Assembly: GCA_023663465.1 (NCBI GenBank)
Contig: JAMPHJ010000002.1
Coordinates: forward strand, 26,039-90,038
DNA: 64,000 bases
Direction: 5' to 3'
Source: Muribaculaceae bacterium
GTDB taxonomy: Bacteria; Bacillota; Clostridia; Lachnospirales; Lachnospiraceae
Below the pieces are notes generated by a model that was not told the origin of the DNA, ran no database searches, and was given only the letters and a program-made list of their open reading frames with translations. Shown here in pieces: positions 38,084-48,509 of this stretch (the first letter of the stretch is position 1; each line of letters starts with the position of its first letter). A program made the translations under genes and the position numbers.

Positions 38084-41000
38084 ATGGAGCAGTTTATACA
38101 AAAACAGGATGTTGTATTTATTGACACCGAGATAAATCCTCATAAAAATACGATAGAGGATATCGGGGCAGTACGCTCATTTTATCCAGTGAAGTCATGG
38201 GATGGGAAGAAGTTTCATTCCAATAATCTTAGGGAGCTGGAACAGTTTTTACAGGGCGCTGCTTATTTGTGCGGACATAATATCCTTCAGTTTGATTTGC
38301 GGTATATCATATCGCAGGTGCAGGCGGCAGGGGTGCGTTTTGTAATCGACACCCTTTATCTGTCCGCGCTTCTTTTTCCCAAAAAACCCTATCACAGATT
38401 GCTAAAAGACGATAAGCTTCAAACCCAGGAGCTGAATAATCCTTTGAATGATGCATTGAAGTCTATGGAATTATTTATGGATGAGGTGACGGCGTTTGGG
38501 CAGTTAAGCGATGGGATGAAAAAAATTTATTGTACACTTCTTGAGGAAACTTCTGGATTCGGGGGATTTTTTCATTATGTGGATTATCATGAAAAAATGG
38601 CGTATTCTTCTATAAAAACCCAATTTTTACATCAAATATGCCAGAATGTGGATGTGGAAGAGCTTGCCAGAAAGAACCCGGTGGAAATGGCGTATTGTCT
38701 AGCGGTGATATCCACGGAGGATAAGGAATCCATTATTCCCTACTGGGTGCAGAAAAATTATCCGAAGGTGCAGGGTGTATATCGTCAGCTTAGGGGGACG
38801 CCTTGTCAGGAAGGCTGCGTTTATTGCAGGGAAAATTTTGATATTCACAGGCAGTTGAAAAAGAAATTCGGCTATGAGGGCTTCCGGGAATACAACGGGG
38901 AACCTTTGCAGGAAAAAGCGGTACAGGCGGCAGTAGAGGGAAAATCACTGCTGGCAATTTTCCCGACGGGCGGCGGTAAGTCCATTACGTTCCAACTTCC
39001 TGCCCTGATGGCATCAGAAACTGTATCAGGGCTAACGGTCGTGATATCGCCGCTACAGTCGCTGATGAAAGACCAGGTAGATAATTTAAGCAGGCAGGGA
39101 TTGGCAGACGCCGTAACCGTTAATGGACTGCTGAACGTGATAGAACGAGCGGAGGCGTTGGAACGGGTGGAAAGCGGAATTGCTTCTATTTTGTATATTT
39201 CGCCGGAATCCTTACGTTCTAAAACGATAGAACGGCTACTGTTAGGACGCAATGTGGTACGGTTTGTCATAGACGAGGCACATTGTTTTTCTTCCTGGGG
39301 GCAGGATTTCAGGGTGGACTATTTATATATCGGGGATTTTATTGCACAATTTCAGGAAAAGAAGAAAACGCGGATACCGGTATCCTGTTTTACTGCGACG
39401 GCCAAGCAGAAAGTCATCAGCGATATCCGGGAATATTTTAAACAGAAACTAAATTTAGATTTGGAGTTATTTTCCACCAACGCAGCCAGGGCGAATCTTC
39501 GCTATGAAGTGCTATACCGTGGGAATGATACGGAAAAATATATGACGCTGCGTCGTCTGATTGAGCAGAAAGATTGTTTTACGATTGTCTATGTCTCCAG
39601 GACGAAAAGAGCGGTTGAAATTGCGCAAAAGCTGCATTCTGACGGATTTAACGCGAAGGCGTTCCACGGCAAAATGACAAGTGAGGACAAAATTGCCAAT
39701 CAAGAAGCTTTTATCAACGGTGAAGTGCAGATTATGGTAGCTACTTCTGCCTTTGGTATGGGTGTGGATAAAAAAGACGTTAAATTGGTTGTGCACTACG
39801 ATATCTCTGATTCTCTGGAAAATTATGTGCAGGAGGCGGGGCGCGCCGGACGTGACCAGAATATTCAGGCGGAATGTTATGTGCTTTTTAATGAAGAAGA
39901 TTTGGACAAGCACTTTCTTCTACTGAATCAGACAAGACTGAGTATCAGTGAAATCCAGCAGGTCTGGAAAGGGATTAAGGAATTGACGAGGGATAGGAGC
40001 CGTATCTGTTGTTCCGGTCTGGAAATTGCGCGAAAGGCAGGCTGGGATGATTCCGTGCTGGATATTGAGACGAAGGTCAGGACAGCGATATCCGCCTTGG
40101 AAACTTCCGGCTATGTCAAGCGAGGGCAGAACTGCCCCAGAGTCTATGCGGACAGCATTCAGGTCAGGACTGCGGCGGAAGCGGCCGAACGCATCAGGAC
40201 TTCTAAGAGGTTTGATGAAAGACAGGAAGACTATGCAGTGCGTATTATTAGAAATCTGGTTTCTGCCCGCAGCCGCGGTTGGGCGAATAAAGAAGATGCG
40301 GAAGCCAGAGTAGATTATATTGCGGACCATCTTGGCATTGAGAAGCGGGAAGTGATTGAATCCATCAATCTGATGCGGGAAGAGGGCATTCTTGCCAGCG
40401 ATAGGGATATGTCCGTTTATGTGGAAAAAACAATGCTGCATACCGCAAGAAAAACAACGCTAAACCGTTTCGCCGGACTGGAACGTTTTCTCTTGGAGCG
40501 GCTGGTGGAAAACGGGCAGAGAGTATCCTATAAGGCGATGAATGAAGAGGCTTTGAATGGGGGCATTCCTTATTCTACAGTCAGCAACATTAAGACGATT
40601 CTGTATTTCTGGATTATCAAGGAATATATTGCCAAGCCGGAAGGGGAGGTCAACAATACGATTCTGCTGGAACCTTTGGAATTGCCGGACAGACTGCGGC
40701 AGCGTTTTGAAAGGCGCATCAAGGCAGCGGAATTTATCGAAAGCTATTTTTTGGAGAAAGCAAGGGCAAAAGAGGATTCTCCGGAACATGCGGCAACGTC
40801 CTATATTACGCTGGATTTTTCCATTCAGGAGTTAAAACGTGCCTATCGGCGTAGTTTTAGACAATTAGACTTTCATACAATCCTACAGGCGGCGCAGGAT
40901 GAAGAAGCTATGACATCTGCAGAAGTGGAGGAGGCTTTATTATATTTATCCCGGATTAATGCGTTTCGCTTAGAAGGCGGTTTTCTGGTACTGTATAATG

Positions 41001-42997
41001 CTATGGAAATTACCCGGCTGGTGCTGGATAATAAGATACGCTATAAACAGGAAGATTACCGGCAGTTGAAAGAATTTTATGAGACAAAGACAGAGCAGAT
41101 TCATATCGTAGGGGAATATGCCAATATGATGGTGCGTGATTATCAGGCGGCGTTGACGTTTGTCAATGATTATTTCAACATGGATTATCGTTTATTTCTG
41201 ACTAAATATTTCAAAGGGGAAAGAAACGGTGAAATCAAGAGAAATATTACGCCGATGAAATACCGGAAACTTTTTGAAAATCTTTCACCCAGACAGGCAG
41301 AAATCATCAATGACGATAAATCGAAATCTATTGTGGTGGCAGCAGGACCGGGGAGCGGCAAAACGATGATTCTCGTCCATAAACTTGCATCGCTGATGCT
41401 TTTGGAAGACGTCAAGCATGAGCAGCTTCTGATGCTGACTTTTTCACGGGCGGCGGCGATGGAATTTAAGCTGCGTCTGGTGGATATGATTGGTAATGCA
41501 GCGTACTTTGTAGAGATTAAGACGTTTCATTCTTATTGTTTTGATCTGCTTGGTAAGATAGGGAACCTGGAAAATTCTGAAAATGTCGTTTTTGAAGCGA
41601 CGAAGATGATTCAGAATGGGGAAGTAGAACTTGACAGGATTACCAAAAACGTATTGGTAATCGACGAAGCGCAGGATATGGACGGGGAAGAATTTGGACT
41701 TGTAAAGGCATTGATGGAGCGCAATGAGGATATGCGCGTGATTGCGGTGGGGGATGATGACCAAAACATCTATGAGTTTCGACATTCCGATTCCAGATAT
41801 ATGACAGAGCTCCTTAGCGGGCCTCAGGCGAAAAAATACGAATTGACGGATAATTACCGGAGCAGCCATAAAATCGTGGATTTTGCCAACACTTTCGTAA
41901 AGACAATAGGAGGGCGCATCAAAAGTGAGGAAATCCGGGCTGTGAAGAACGAAGACGGAAATGTTATGGTCGTCAGACCTGCGTCTATTCTGGAAATGTC
42001 GCTGGTAAAAGTGGTAGGGCATACCTGGACGCAGAAAGAGGGACAGACGGCGGCGGTTCTGACGACAACGAATGAGCAGGCATATCTAGTGGCGGAGCTT
42101 CTGAATCAAAGAGGGTTCCGGGCAAGACTGATACAATCCAATCAGGGCTTTGTCCTGTCCCGTCTTGCAGAAGTAAAGTATTTTCTAGAGCAGTTAAAAG
42201 AAAAAGGCCCTGTAATTGATGAGGATGACTGGAATCTGGCCTGTCAGCGGTTGGAAAACGCCTTTTCTAGAAGTAAGAATCTGGAATCTTGCCTGTATTT
42301 GTTTGAACAGTTTGCCAAGGAAAATGTGAAGAAATATTATACGGACTTGGAATCTTTTCTGCAGGAAGCGAAATTTGAGGATTTCTGTAGCTTTCAGAAG
42401 GACGAAATCTGTGTGTCTACGATTCATAAAGCGAAAGGGCGGGAGTTTGACAAAGTTTACTTACTCGTCAGCAAGTTTTCTGGATTGACGGATGAAAAAC
42501 GCAGAAGCATCTATGTGGGGATTACCCGCGCTAAGAGCGAGCTGTATCTTTTTCACAATACAGATTATTTTGAAAGCGTCAGAAGGGAAGCGGGACAGGA
42601 GGCATTTCAGTGGTATACGGACTCTGTAAAGTATCCCGAACCGGAAGAAATCGTACTGCCGCTTTTCCATATGGACGTATGGCTGGGATTCTTCAAAAAG
42701 CCGGACTGCCAGGCGTATATGAAAGAACTGCAAAGCGGCGATAGGCTGCGTGTCCGGGAAGAAAAGAAATCCCGTTATGAAAACTTGGTTTTTGAAGGCT
42801 ATATCCACGGAGAATGGCGTCAGGTGGCGCGGTGTTCCAAAGATTTTTATGGAAGAATGTGCAGACAGAAAGAAAGGGGCTATATGCCGGCGGAAGCGTG
42901 GGTGCAATATGTAGTGGGCTGGTGGGATAAAGATGAGGAGAAGGAATACGATATCATGCTGCCTGCGCTGCGGATGAAAAAATGGAAAAATTTATAA
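38084..42997 (+). CDS. Large fusion: DEDD 3'-5' exonuclease-like + RecQ-type SF2 helicase + UvrD/Rep-type SF1 helicase
   Basis: Exonuclease: FIDTE, GHNILQFD, IDTLYLS. RecQ: PTGGGKS, SPLQSLMKDQ, IDEAHC.S.WG.DFR, ATSAFGMGVDK, QEAGRAGRD. UvrD: AGPGSGKT, IDEAQD, VGDDDQNIY, NYRS, TIHKAKGREF, YVGITRAK. Confidence 0.92.
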   Translation: MEQFIQKQDVVFIDTEINPHKNTIEDIGAVRSFYPVKSWDGKKFHSNNLRELEQFLQGAAYLCGHNILQFDLRYIISQVQAAGVRFVIDTLYLSALLFPKKPYHRLLKDDKLQTQELNNPLNDALKSMELFMDEVTAFGQLSDGMKKIYCTLLEETSGFGGFFHYVDYHEKMAYSSIKTQFLHQICQNVDVEELARKNPVEMAYCLAVISTEDKESIIPYWVQKNYPKVQGVYRQLRGTPCQEGCVYCRENFDIHRQLKKKFGYEGFREYNGEPLQEKAVQAAVEGKSLLAIFPTGGGKSITFQLPALMASETVSGLTVVISPLQSLMKDQVDNLSRQGLADAVTVNGLLNVIERAEALERVESGIASILYISPESLRSKTIERLLLGRNVVRFVIDEAHCFSSWGQDFRVDYLYIGDFIAQFQEKKKTRIPVSCFTATAKQKVISDIREYFKQKLNLDLELFSTNAARANLRYEVLYRGNDTEKYMTLRRLIEQKDCFTIVYVSRTKRAVEIAQKLHSDGFNAKAFHGKMTSEDKIANQEAFINGEVQIMVATSAFGMGVDKKDVKLVVHYDISDSLENYVQEAGRAGRDQNIQAECYVLFNEEDLDKHFLLLNQTRLSISEIQQVWKGIKELTRDRSRICCSGLEIARKAGWDDSVLDIETKVRTAISALETSGYVKRGQNCPRVYADSIQVRTAAEAAERIRTSKRFDERQEDYAVRIIRNLVSARSRGWANKEDAEARVDYIADHLGIEKREVIESINLMREEGILASDRDMSVYVEKTMLHTARKTTLNRFAGLERFLLERLVENGQRVSYKAMNEEALNGGIPYSTVSNIKTILYFWIIKEYIAKPEGEVNNTILLEPLELPDRLRQRFERRIKAAEFIESYFLEKARAKEDSPEHAATSYITLDFSIQELKRAYRRSFRQLDFHTILQAAQDEEAMTSAEVEEALLYLSRINAFRLEGGFLVLYNAMEITRLVLDNKIRYKQEDYRQLKEFYETKTEQIHIVGEYANMMVRDYQAALTFVNDYFNMDYRLFLTKYFKGERNGEIKRNITPMKYRKLFENLSPRQAEIINDDKSKSIVVAAGPGSGKTMILVHKLASLMLLEDVKHEQLLMLTFSRAAAMEFKLRLVDMIGNAAYFVEIKTFHSYCFDLLGKIGNLENSENVVFEATKMIQNGEVELDRITKNVLVIDEAQDMDGEEFGLVKALMERNEDMRVIAVGDDDQNIYEFRHSDSRYMTELLSGPQAKKYELTDNYRSSHKIVDFANTFVKTIGGRIKSEEIRAVKNEDGNVMVVRPASILEMSLVKVVGHTWTQKEGQTAAVLTTTNEQAYLVAELLNQRGFRARLIQSNQGFVLSRLAEVKYFLEQLKEKGPVIDEDDWNLACQRLENAFSRSKNLESCLYLFEQFAKENVKKYYTDLESFLQEAKFEDFCSFQKDEICVSTIHKAKGREFDKVYLLVSKFSGLTDEKRRSIYVGITRAKSELYLFHNTDYFESVRREAGQEAFQWYTDSVKYPEPEEIVLPLFHMDVWLGFFKKPDCQAYMKELQSGDRLRVREEKKSRYENLVFEGYIHGEWRQVARCSKDFYGRMCRQKERGYMPAEAWVQYVVGWWDKDEEKEYDIMLPALRMKKWKNL

Positions 42998-43087
42998 ATA
43001 TAAGAAGGTCTGAGGGATGGTAATGGGACTGCAAATATGATAAAATCAAAGAGTATATTACTTTTTGATTATAGGCAGGGAGGAATC

Positions 43088-46024
43088 ATGCATAGAACAT
43101 TCAAACCATCCAGAAGCAGATGGGGACTGCTGTCTGTTTTTATAGTCCTTCTTATTTTTTTATCCGATGATATCGGCGTATCCGCCAAGGAGTCTGTTTT
43201 TTCTGAGGCAGGATATTCGGCGGTTCTCTATGACAATAGCAACGGGCTTCCCACGTCCGAGGCAAATGCTGTTGCCCAGACGAAAGATGGTTTTGTCTGG
43301 ATTGGGGGTTACAGCGGGCTGATACGATACGACGGCAACGATTTCTACCGCTTTGATTCTTCCACGGGCATTACGAATGTCATGAGCCTTTGTGTGGATT
43401 CTAAGGATCGTCTGTGGATTGGAACCAATGATAACGGCGCAGCGTTGTATGATAACGGGGAATTTCGGTTTTTTGGCAGGGACGAAGGGCTGCTTTCTTT
43501 GTCGGTGCGTTCCATTGCGGAGGATGCAGACGGTAATATTCTGCTTGCCACGACGCGCGGACTGGCATATATCGACGACGGTTTTGCCCTGCATATGCTG
43601 GAAGACGAACCAATCAGCCAGAAATATATCTGTATCTTGCGGGCGGATGCAGACGGCATTATTTATGGCTGTACGTTGGATGGCGCCTTCTTCTCCGTGG
43701 AGCGGCTAAGGCTGATAAACTGTTATGACAGTAAAGAACTGGGAATCGGTATGGTATATTCTATCTGTCCCGACCCGGAAGAAAAGGGCAAGGTGTATCT
43801 GGGGACGGAGGAGTCCGAAATTCTATGGGGCGATATGGAAGACGGCATGAAAAATGCGAAGAAAATTTTCGTCCATCCGCAGGTGAATATCAATTTTATC
43901 CTGCCAGGCGACGATGGGATTCTCTGGGTCTGTGCAGATAACGGAATCGGTTACCTGAATGAAAGAAAATATTATTCTGAATTGTCGAATGTTCCTATGA
44001 ATAATTCTGTAGACAGGATGATGATTGACTATGAAGGAAATCTATGGTTTACTTCTTCCAGACAGGGCGTTATGAAAGTGGTAAGCACTCCGTTTACGGA
44101 TATCAGCAGTCTTGTGGGTTTGGAACCTGCAGTTGTGAACACGACCTGTTTCTATCAGGAAAATTTGTATATTGGGACAGACACGGGGCTTCAGCTTGTG
44201 AATCAATATGACCGGCCTAAGGAAAATGTCTTGACGAGGCTGTTAAAAGGCAGCAGAATCCGGTGTATCAAAGAAGATTCTGACGGAAACCTCTGGCTTT
44301 GTACATACAGTGAGAACGGATTGGTCTGCTATCATGGAGATGGGACTTATACAATTTATAATGAGGAAAACGGGCTGGCGTCCAACCGTGTCCGCGTTAT
44401 GACACAGATGTCAGATGGGACGATTGTAGTTTCCACAAGCGGCGGGATTAATTTAATCCGTGACGGCAGTGTCATGGGCACTTATGATGAAGAGGACGCC
44501 ATACTCAATACGGAAATTCTGACGCTCTGCGAGGGCGAGGATGGCAGTCTCTATATGGGCAGCGACGGGGACGGTATTTATGTTTTGCAAGACGGCAGTA
44601 TATCCCGCCTTGGACTGGAAGATGGTCTGAAATCAGAAATTGTCCTGCGGATTAAGAAAGACCCGAAACGGGATTTGTACTGGATTATCACCAGCAACTC
44701 CATATCCTATATGAAAGATGGCAGTATTACGACCTTATCCAATTTCCCTTATGGGAATAATTTCGATATGTATTTTGATAAGGAAGACGGTATCTGGATT
44801 TTGAGCAGCAACGGTATTTATGTGGTAAACGGCGAACAACTGCTGAAAGATAAAAAACCGGACTACACTTTTTATGATATGAGAAACGGGCTTCCCTGTG
44901 TGGCGACCGCCAATTCCAGAAGTGCGATAACGGACGACGGAACCTTATATATGGCAGGGGTACAGGGGGTCAGCAGTATCAATATCAATCAGATGCAGGA
45001 GTTAAAAGGCGACGTAAAACTGACTGTTCCCTTCCTGGAATTAGACGACAAGACGGTCATGGTAGAAGAAGGGGAAACTATCACGGTTCCGGCGAATTGT
45101 AAACGTATTACCATTCACGGATATGCGCTGACGTATTCCCTGCAGAATCCCCGGTTAAAATACTATCTGGAAGGGTTTGATGAAGAGGCGGTTTCTGTAT
45201 CCAAACAGGACATGCAGCCGGTCAGTTATACGAATCTGGACAGCGGGGAATATGTGTTTCATTTGTCGATTGTCAATACCATGACAGGAGAAGAGGAGAA
45301 AAACATCGCCGTCACGATTGTAAAAGAAAAAGCGGTTTATGAGCGGGGATGGTTCTGGATTTTGATTCTGATTGTGGCGATTTTAGTAATTTTGTTTGCC
45401 GCTACAATTTATGTTCATGGGAAAACGGCGAAACTTCTGAAAAAACAGGAAGAGGACGATATCTTTATTGACCAGATGATTCAGGCATTTGCGAAGAGTA
45501 TCGACTTAAAGGATAAGTATACCAACGGACATTCTTTCCGTGTGGCGAAATATACGAAGATGATAGCAGAAAAATTAGGCTACAGCCCGTCGGAGGCGGC
45601 GGCGGTTTACAATATCGGGCTTCTGCACGATATCGGTAAGATTACGATTCCGGACGAGATTCTGAATAAGCCGGGAAGGCTGACCGACGAGGAATTTGCG
45701 ATTATGAAGCAGCATTCCATCAACGGCTATGATATCCTGAAAGAAATCGAGGTTGCGCCGGAGCTTGCCCTGGGCGCCGGATATCACCATGAGAGAATCG
45801 ATGGACGGGGGTATCCTTTTGGGAAAAAGGCGGGAGAAATTCCGCCGGTGGCACAAATGATTGCGGTAGCGGATACCTTTGACGCCATGCATTCTACCAG
45901 ACCGTACCGGGAGCAGATGAAAATGGAAGATATTGTTGCAGAATTAAAGCGCGTATCAGGCACGCAGCTGAATGAAGAATTTGTGAACGTGCTGCTGGAG
46001 CTGATTGAAGAAGGAAAAGTATAA
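43088..46024 (+). CDS. Membrane-anchored sensor (two-component regulator propeller repeats + Y_Y_Y domain) fused to an HD-GYP cyclic-dinucleotide phosphodiesterase
   Basis: Signal peptide; repeated D..G.LW.GT..GL propeller motifs; YYLEGFD...SYTNLDSGEYVF; TM helix; GHSFRV, LHDIGKI and HHERIDGRGYP. ATG 43088 follows GGAGG. Confidence 0.9.
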   Translation: MHRTFKPSRSRWGLLSVFIVLLIFLSDDIGVSAKESVFSEAGYSAVLYDNSNGLPTSEANAVAQTKDGFVWIGGYSGLIRYDGNDFYRFDSSTGITNVMSLCVDSKDRLWIGTNDNGAALYDNGEFRFFGRDEGLLSLSVRSIAEDADGNILLATTRGLAYIDDGFALHMLEDEPISQKYICILRADADGIIYGCTLDGAFFSVERLRLINCYDSKELGIGMVYSICPDPEEKGKVYLGTEESEILWGDMEDGMKNAKKIFVHPQVNINFILPGDDGILWVCADNGIGYLNERKYYSELSNVPMNNSVDRMMIDYEGNLWFTSSRQGVMKVVSTPFTDISSLVGLEPAVVNTTCFYQENLYIGTDTGLQLVNQYDRPKENVLTRLLKGSRIRCIKEDSDGNLWLCTYSENGLVCYHGDGTYTIYNEENGLASNRVRVMTQMSDGTIVVSTSGGINLIRDGSVMGTYDEEDAILNTEILTLCEGEDGSLYMGSDGDGIYVLQDGSISRLGLEDGLKSEIVLRIKKDPKRDLYWIITSNSISYMKDGSITTLSNFPYGNNFDMYFDKEDGIWILSSNGIYVVNGEQLLKDKKPDYTFYDMRNGLPCVATANSRSAITDDGTLYMAGVQGVSSININQMQELKGDVKLTVPFLELDDKTVMVEEGETITVPANCKRITIHGYALTYSLQNPRLKYYLEGFDEEAVSVSKQDMQPVSYTNLDSGEYVFHLSIVNTMTGEEEKNIAVTIVKEKAVYERGWFWILILIVAILVILFAATIYVHGKTAKLLKKQEEDDIFIDQMIQAFAKSIDLKDKYTNGHSFRVAKYTKMIAEKLGYSPSEAAAVYNIGLLHDIGKITIPDEILNKPGRLTDEEFAIMKQHSINGYDILKEIEVAPELALGAGYHHERIDGRGYPFGKKAGEIPPVAQMIAVADTFDAMHSTRPYREQMKMEDIVAELKRVSGTQLNEEFVNVLLELIEEGKV

Positions 46025-46185
46025 ATTCTGATTCCTAAAAAAAGAAGCTGGTAAAGGCGATAGTTTATTTTGAATAACGCTTTACATTCCGGGAAACGGA
46101 TGATACAATAAAATGTGCATAAAAACGCACTTTTTCATCAAGAGTCATACAAGTATATAGAATAGAAAGTATGGAGGCGGCGGAT

Positions 46186-46959
46186 ATGAGAATACAAGAA
46201 TTTTGCAATATGAGTAAATTCGAGGAAATTATCGACAACTGGGCAAAAAGCACGGGACTGGCTGCAGCTGCGCTTGACGTGGATGGGAAGTATATCAGCA
46301 AACGTTACAATTTTACAGATTTTTGTACGAAATATACGAAGGGAAGCAATGAAGGCGCTGCAAGATGCGAGAAATGCGATAGGGAAGGAAAGGGCGTATA
46401 TTCCTGCCATCTAGGATTGGCGGAATTTGCACTGCCGATTACCCTGGGCGACGGCACAACGTTGGGTAAGGTCATCGGCGGGCAGGCGCTGTCTAAGGAG
46501 CCGGATGAGAATCACTTCCGCGCAGCGGCAAGGGAGCTTGGAATTGATGAGAATACTTATATCAGGGCATTGCAGACGGTGAAGGTAAAGACACAGGAAG
46601 AAATAGAAGCTTCCGCCAGTCTGCTTGGGGACGTGATAAATATGTTCGTCCGTTCCAGTTATCAGGAACAACAAAATAGCCATATAGTGGAAAAACTGCG
46701 TACCGGCATTTCCAAAGCGGCGCAGGAAATTGAGGCCGCCAATGCGAGTACTTCCCAGATAGCGGCATTCAGCCAGCGGCAGAATATCCTGGCGTTGAAC
46801 GCATCGATTGAAGCGGCGCGCGCCGGGGAAAGCGGCAAAGGGTTTGCGGTTGTGGCGGCGGAAGTGCAGAAGCTTGCCGGAGGGATGGCGGAAACCAGCA
46901 AGGAAATCAACGATAGGCTGGCGCATCTTACGGTAACAATTCATGCATTGAACGAATAA
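46186..46959 (+). CDS. Soluble chemoreceptor: PocR ligand-binding domain + short MCP signalling domain
   Basis: PocR Cys pattern FTDFC..RCEKCD..YSCHLGL..GGQ; MCP motif [25 protein letters not shown]. Confidence 0.9.
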   Translation: MRIQEFCNMSKFEEIIDNWAKSTGLAAAALDVDGKYISKRYNFTDFCTKYTKGSNEGAARCEKCDREGKGVYSCHLGLAEFALPITLGDGTTLGKVIGGQALSKEPDENHFRAAARELGIDENTYIRALQTVKVKTQEEIEASASLLGDVINMFVRSSYQEQQNSHIVEKLRTGISKAAQEIEAANASTSQIAAFSQRQNILALNASIEAARAGESGKGFAVVAAEVQKLAGGMAETSKEINDRLAHLTVTIHALNE

Positions 46960-46970
46960 CGCTTTCAGAG

Positions 46971-47001
46971 AAAAATGCAGGCCGTAGGGCTTGCATTTTT
47001 T
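46971..47001 (+). terminator. Intrinsic terminator
   Basis: aaaaatgcaggcc-gtag-ggcttgcatttttt hairpin with a T-tail. Confidence 0.7.
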
Positions 47002-47027
47002 AGGCACAAAAATAGAGGAAAAAGGAA

Positions 47028-48422
47028 ATGTTGACAAATATTAGAAAAAAATTTATCGGGGATAAGGCTTTTTATAAAATGGTACTGGCAGTCGCCGTGC
47101 CAATTATGATACAAAACGGTATTACGAATTTCGTAGGGCTTCTGGATAATATCATGGTGGGACAGATTGGCACGGAACAGATGTCCGGCGTAGCGATTGT
47201 CAATCAGCTGCTCATGGTATATTATCTTTGTATTTTCGGAGGGCTTGCCGGAGCCGGAATTTTTACGGCGCAGTATTTCGGGCAGAAGGACGACGAAGGA
47301 ATCCGCTATACCTTCCGTTATAAATTCTGGATGGCGCTGCTATTGACGGCTGGCGCCGTTCTATTGTTGATTTTTGGCGGAGAAGGGCTGATTCAGAATT
47401 ATTTAAGCGGAAGCAGCGACGGCGGAGATCCGGCGGCGGCGCTTAGGTATGGGCAGAGTTATTTACAGGTAATGCTGTTTGGACTGCCGGCGTTTATGTG
47501 GGTGCAGATTTACGTCAGTACCCTGCGGGAATGCGGGGAAACGGTTGTTCCCATGAAGGCGGGCATTACCGCTGTTTGTGTGAATTTGTGTTTAAACTAT
47601 CTGTTGATTTATGGGAAACTGGGACTGCCGGCGCTGGGCGTCGTGGGCGCTGCCATCGCGACGGTAGTTTCCCGGTATGTGGAAGCGGCTATTGTTATTT
47701 TATGGACGCACCGACATAAAGAGCAGAACCGTTTCGTGGTACAGTTATACAGCACGTTGAAAGTGCCGGGGCATTTAGTGGGAAAATATTTCATAAAAGG
47801 CGCGCCGTTATTGATTAACGAGACGTTATGGTCTGCTGGGATGGCGATGCTGACGCAATGCTATTCCGTGAGAGGTCTGCGGGTTATTGCCGGACTCAAC
47901 ATTGCCAATACGATTAACAATGTGTTTAATGTGGTGTTCATCGCTATGGGAGATGCAGTGGCGATTATTATTGGGCAGCTTCTGGGAGCAGGGAAGATGG
48001 AAGAGGCAAGGGATACGGATAATAAAATCATTGCCTTTTCGGTTTGCAGCTGTGTCGGAATAGCGGTTTTGATGAGCCTTGTCGCCCCCCTGTTTCCACA
48101 GATTTACAATACGACGCAGGACGTCAAAACGCTGGCAGTGCAGTTTATTCTGGCGCAGGCGCTTTTTATGCCGCAGGCGGCGTTCATCCATGCGGCTTAT
48201 TTTACCTTGCGCTCAGGGGGAAAGACCGTTGTGACATTTTTGTTTGACAGCGTGTTCGTCTGGTGTGTCAGCGTTCCGGTCGCCTATGCGTTAAGCCGTT
48301 TTACGCAGGTACATGTCATTGTGATTTTTGCAATGGTGCAGATTGCGGACTGGATTAAGTGCGTGATAGGGTTTTTATTGGTGAAAAAAGGCGTATGGAT
48401 GCAGAATATTGTGGAAAAGTAA
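47028..48422 (+). CDS. MATE-family efflux transporter
   Basis: PIMIQNGITNFVGLLDNIMVGQ, LGVVGAAIAT, LRSGG; about 12 TMs. Confidence 0.93.
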   Translation: MLTNIRKKFIGDKAFYKMVLAVAVPIMIQNGITNFVGLLDNIMVGQIGTEQMSGVAIVNQLLMVYYLCIFGGLAGAGIFTAQYFGQKDDEGIRYTFRYKFWMALLLTAGAVLLLIFGGEGLIQNYLSGSSDGGDPAAALRYGQSYLQVMLFGLPAFMWVQIYVSTLRECGETVVPMKAGITAVCVNLCLNYLLIYGKLGLPALGVVGAAIATVVSRYVEAAIVILWTHRHKEQNRFVVQLYSTLKVPGHLVGKYFIKGAPLLINETLWSAGMAMLTQCYSVRGLRVIAGLNIANTINNVFNVVFIAMGDAVAIIIGQLLGAGKMEEARDTDNKIIAFSVCSCVGIAVLMSLVAPLFPQIYNTTQDVKTLAVQFILAQALFMPQAAFIHAAYFTLRSGGKTVVTFLFDSVFVWCVSVPVAYALSRFTQVHVIVIFAMVQIADWIKCVIGFLLVKKGVWMQNIVEK

Positions 48423-48509
48423 GCAGGAAACTATTGCAGAGCCGGGTTTGATGTGTGATAATAAAAATCACAGGATATTGACAGCGAAAAAGATAAAGAG
48501 GTTTTATCG

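Noticed and set aside
46411-47037. 208-aa minus-strand ORF
   Set aside because: It is antisense to the clearly recognisable PocR-MCP gene and has no motifs.
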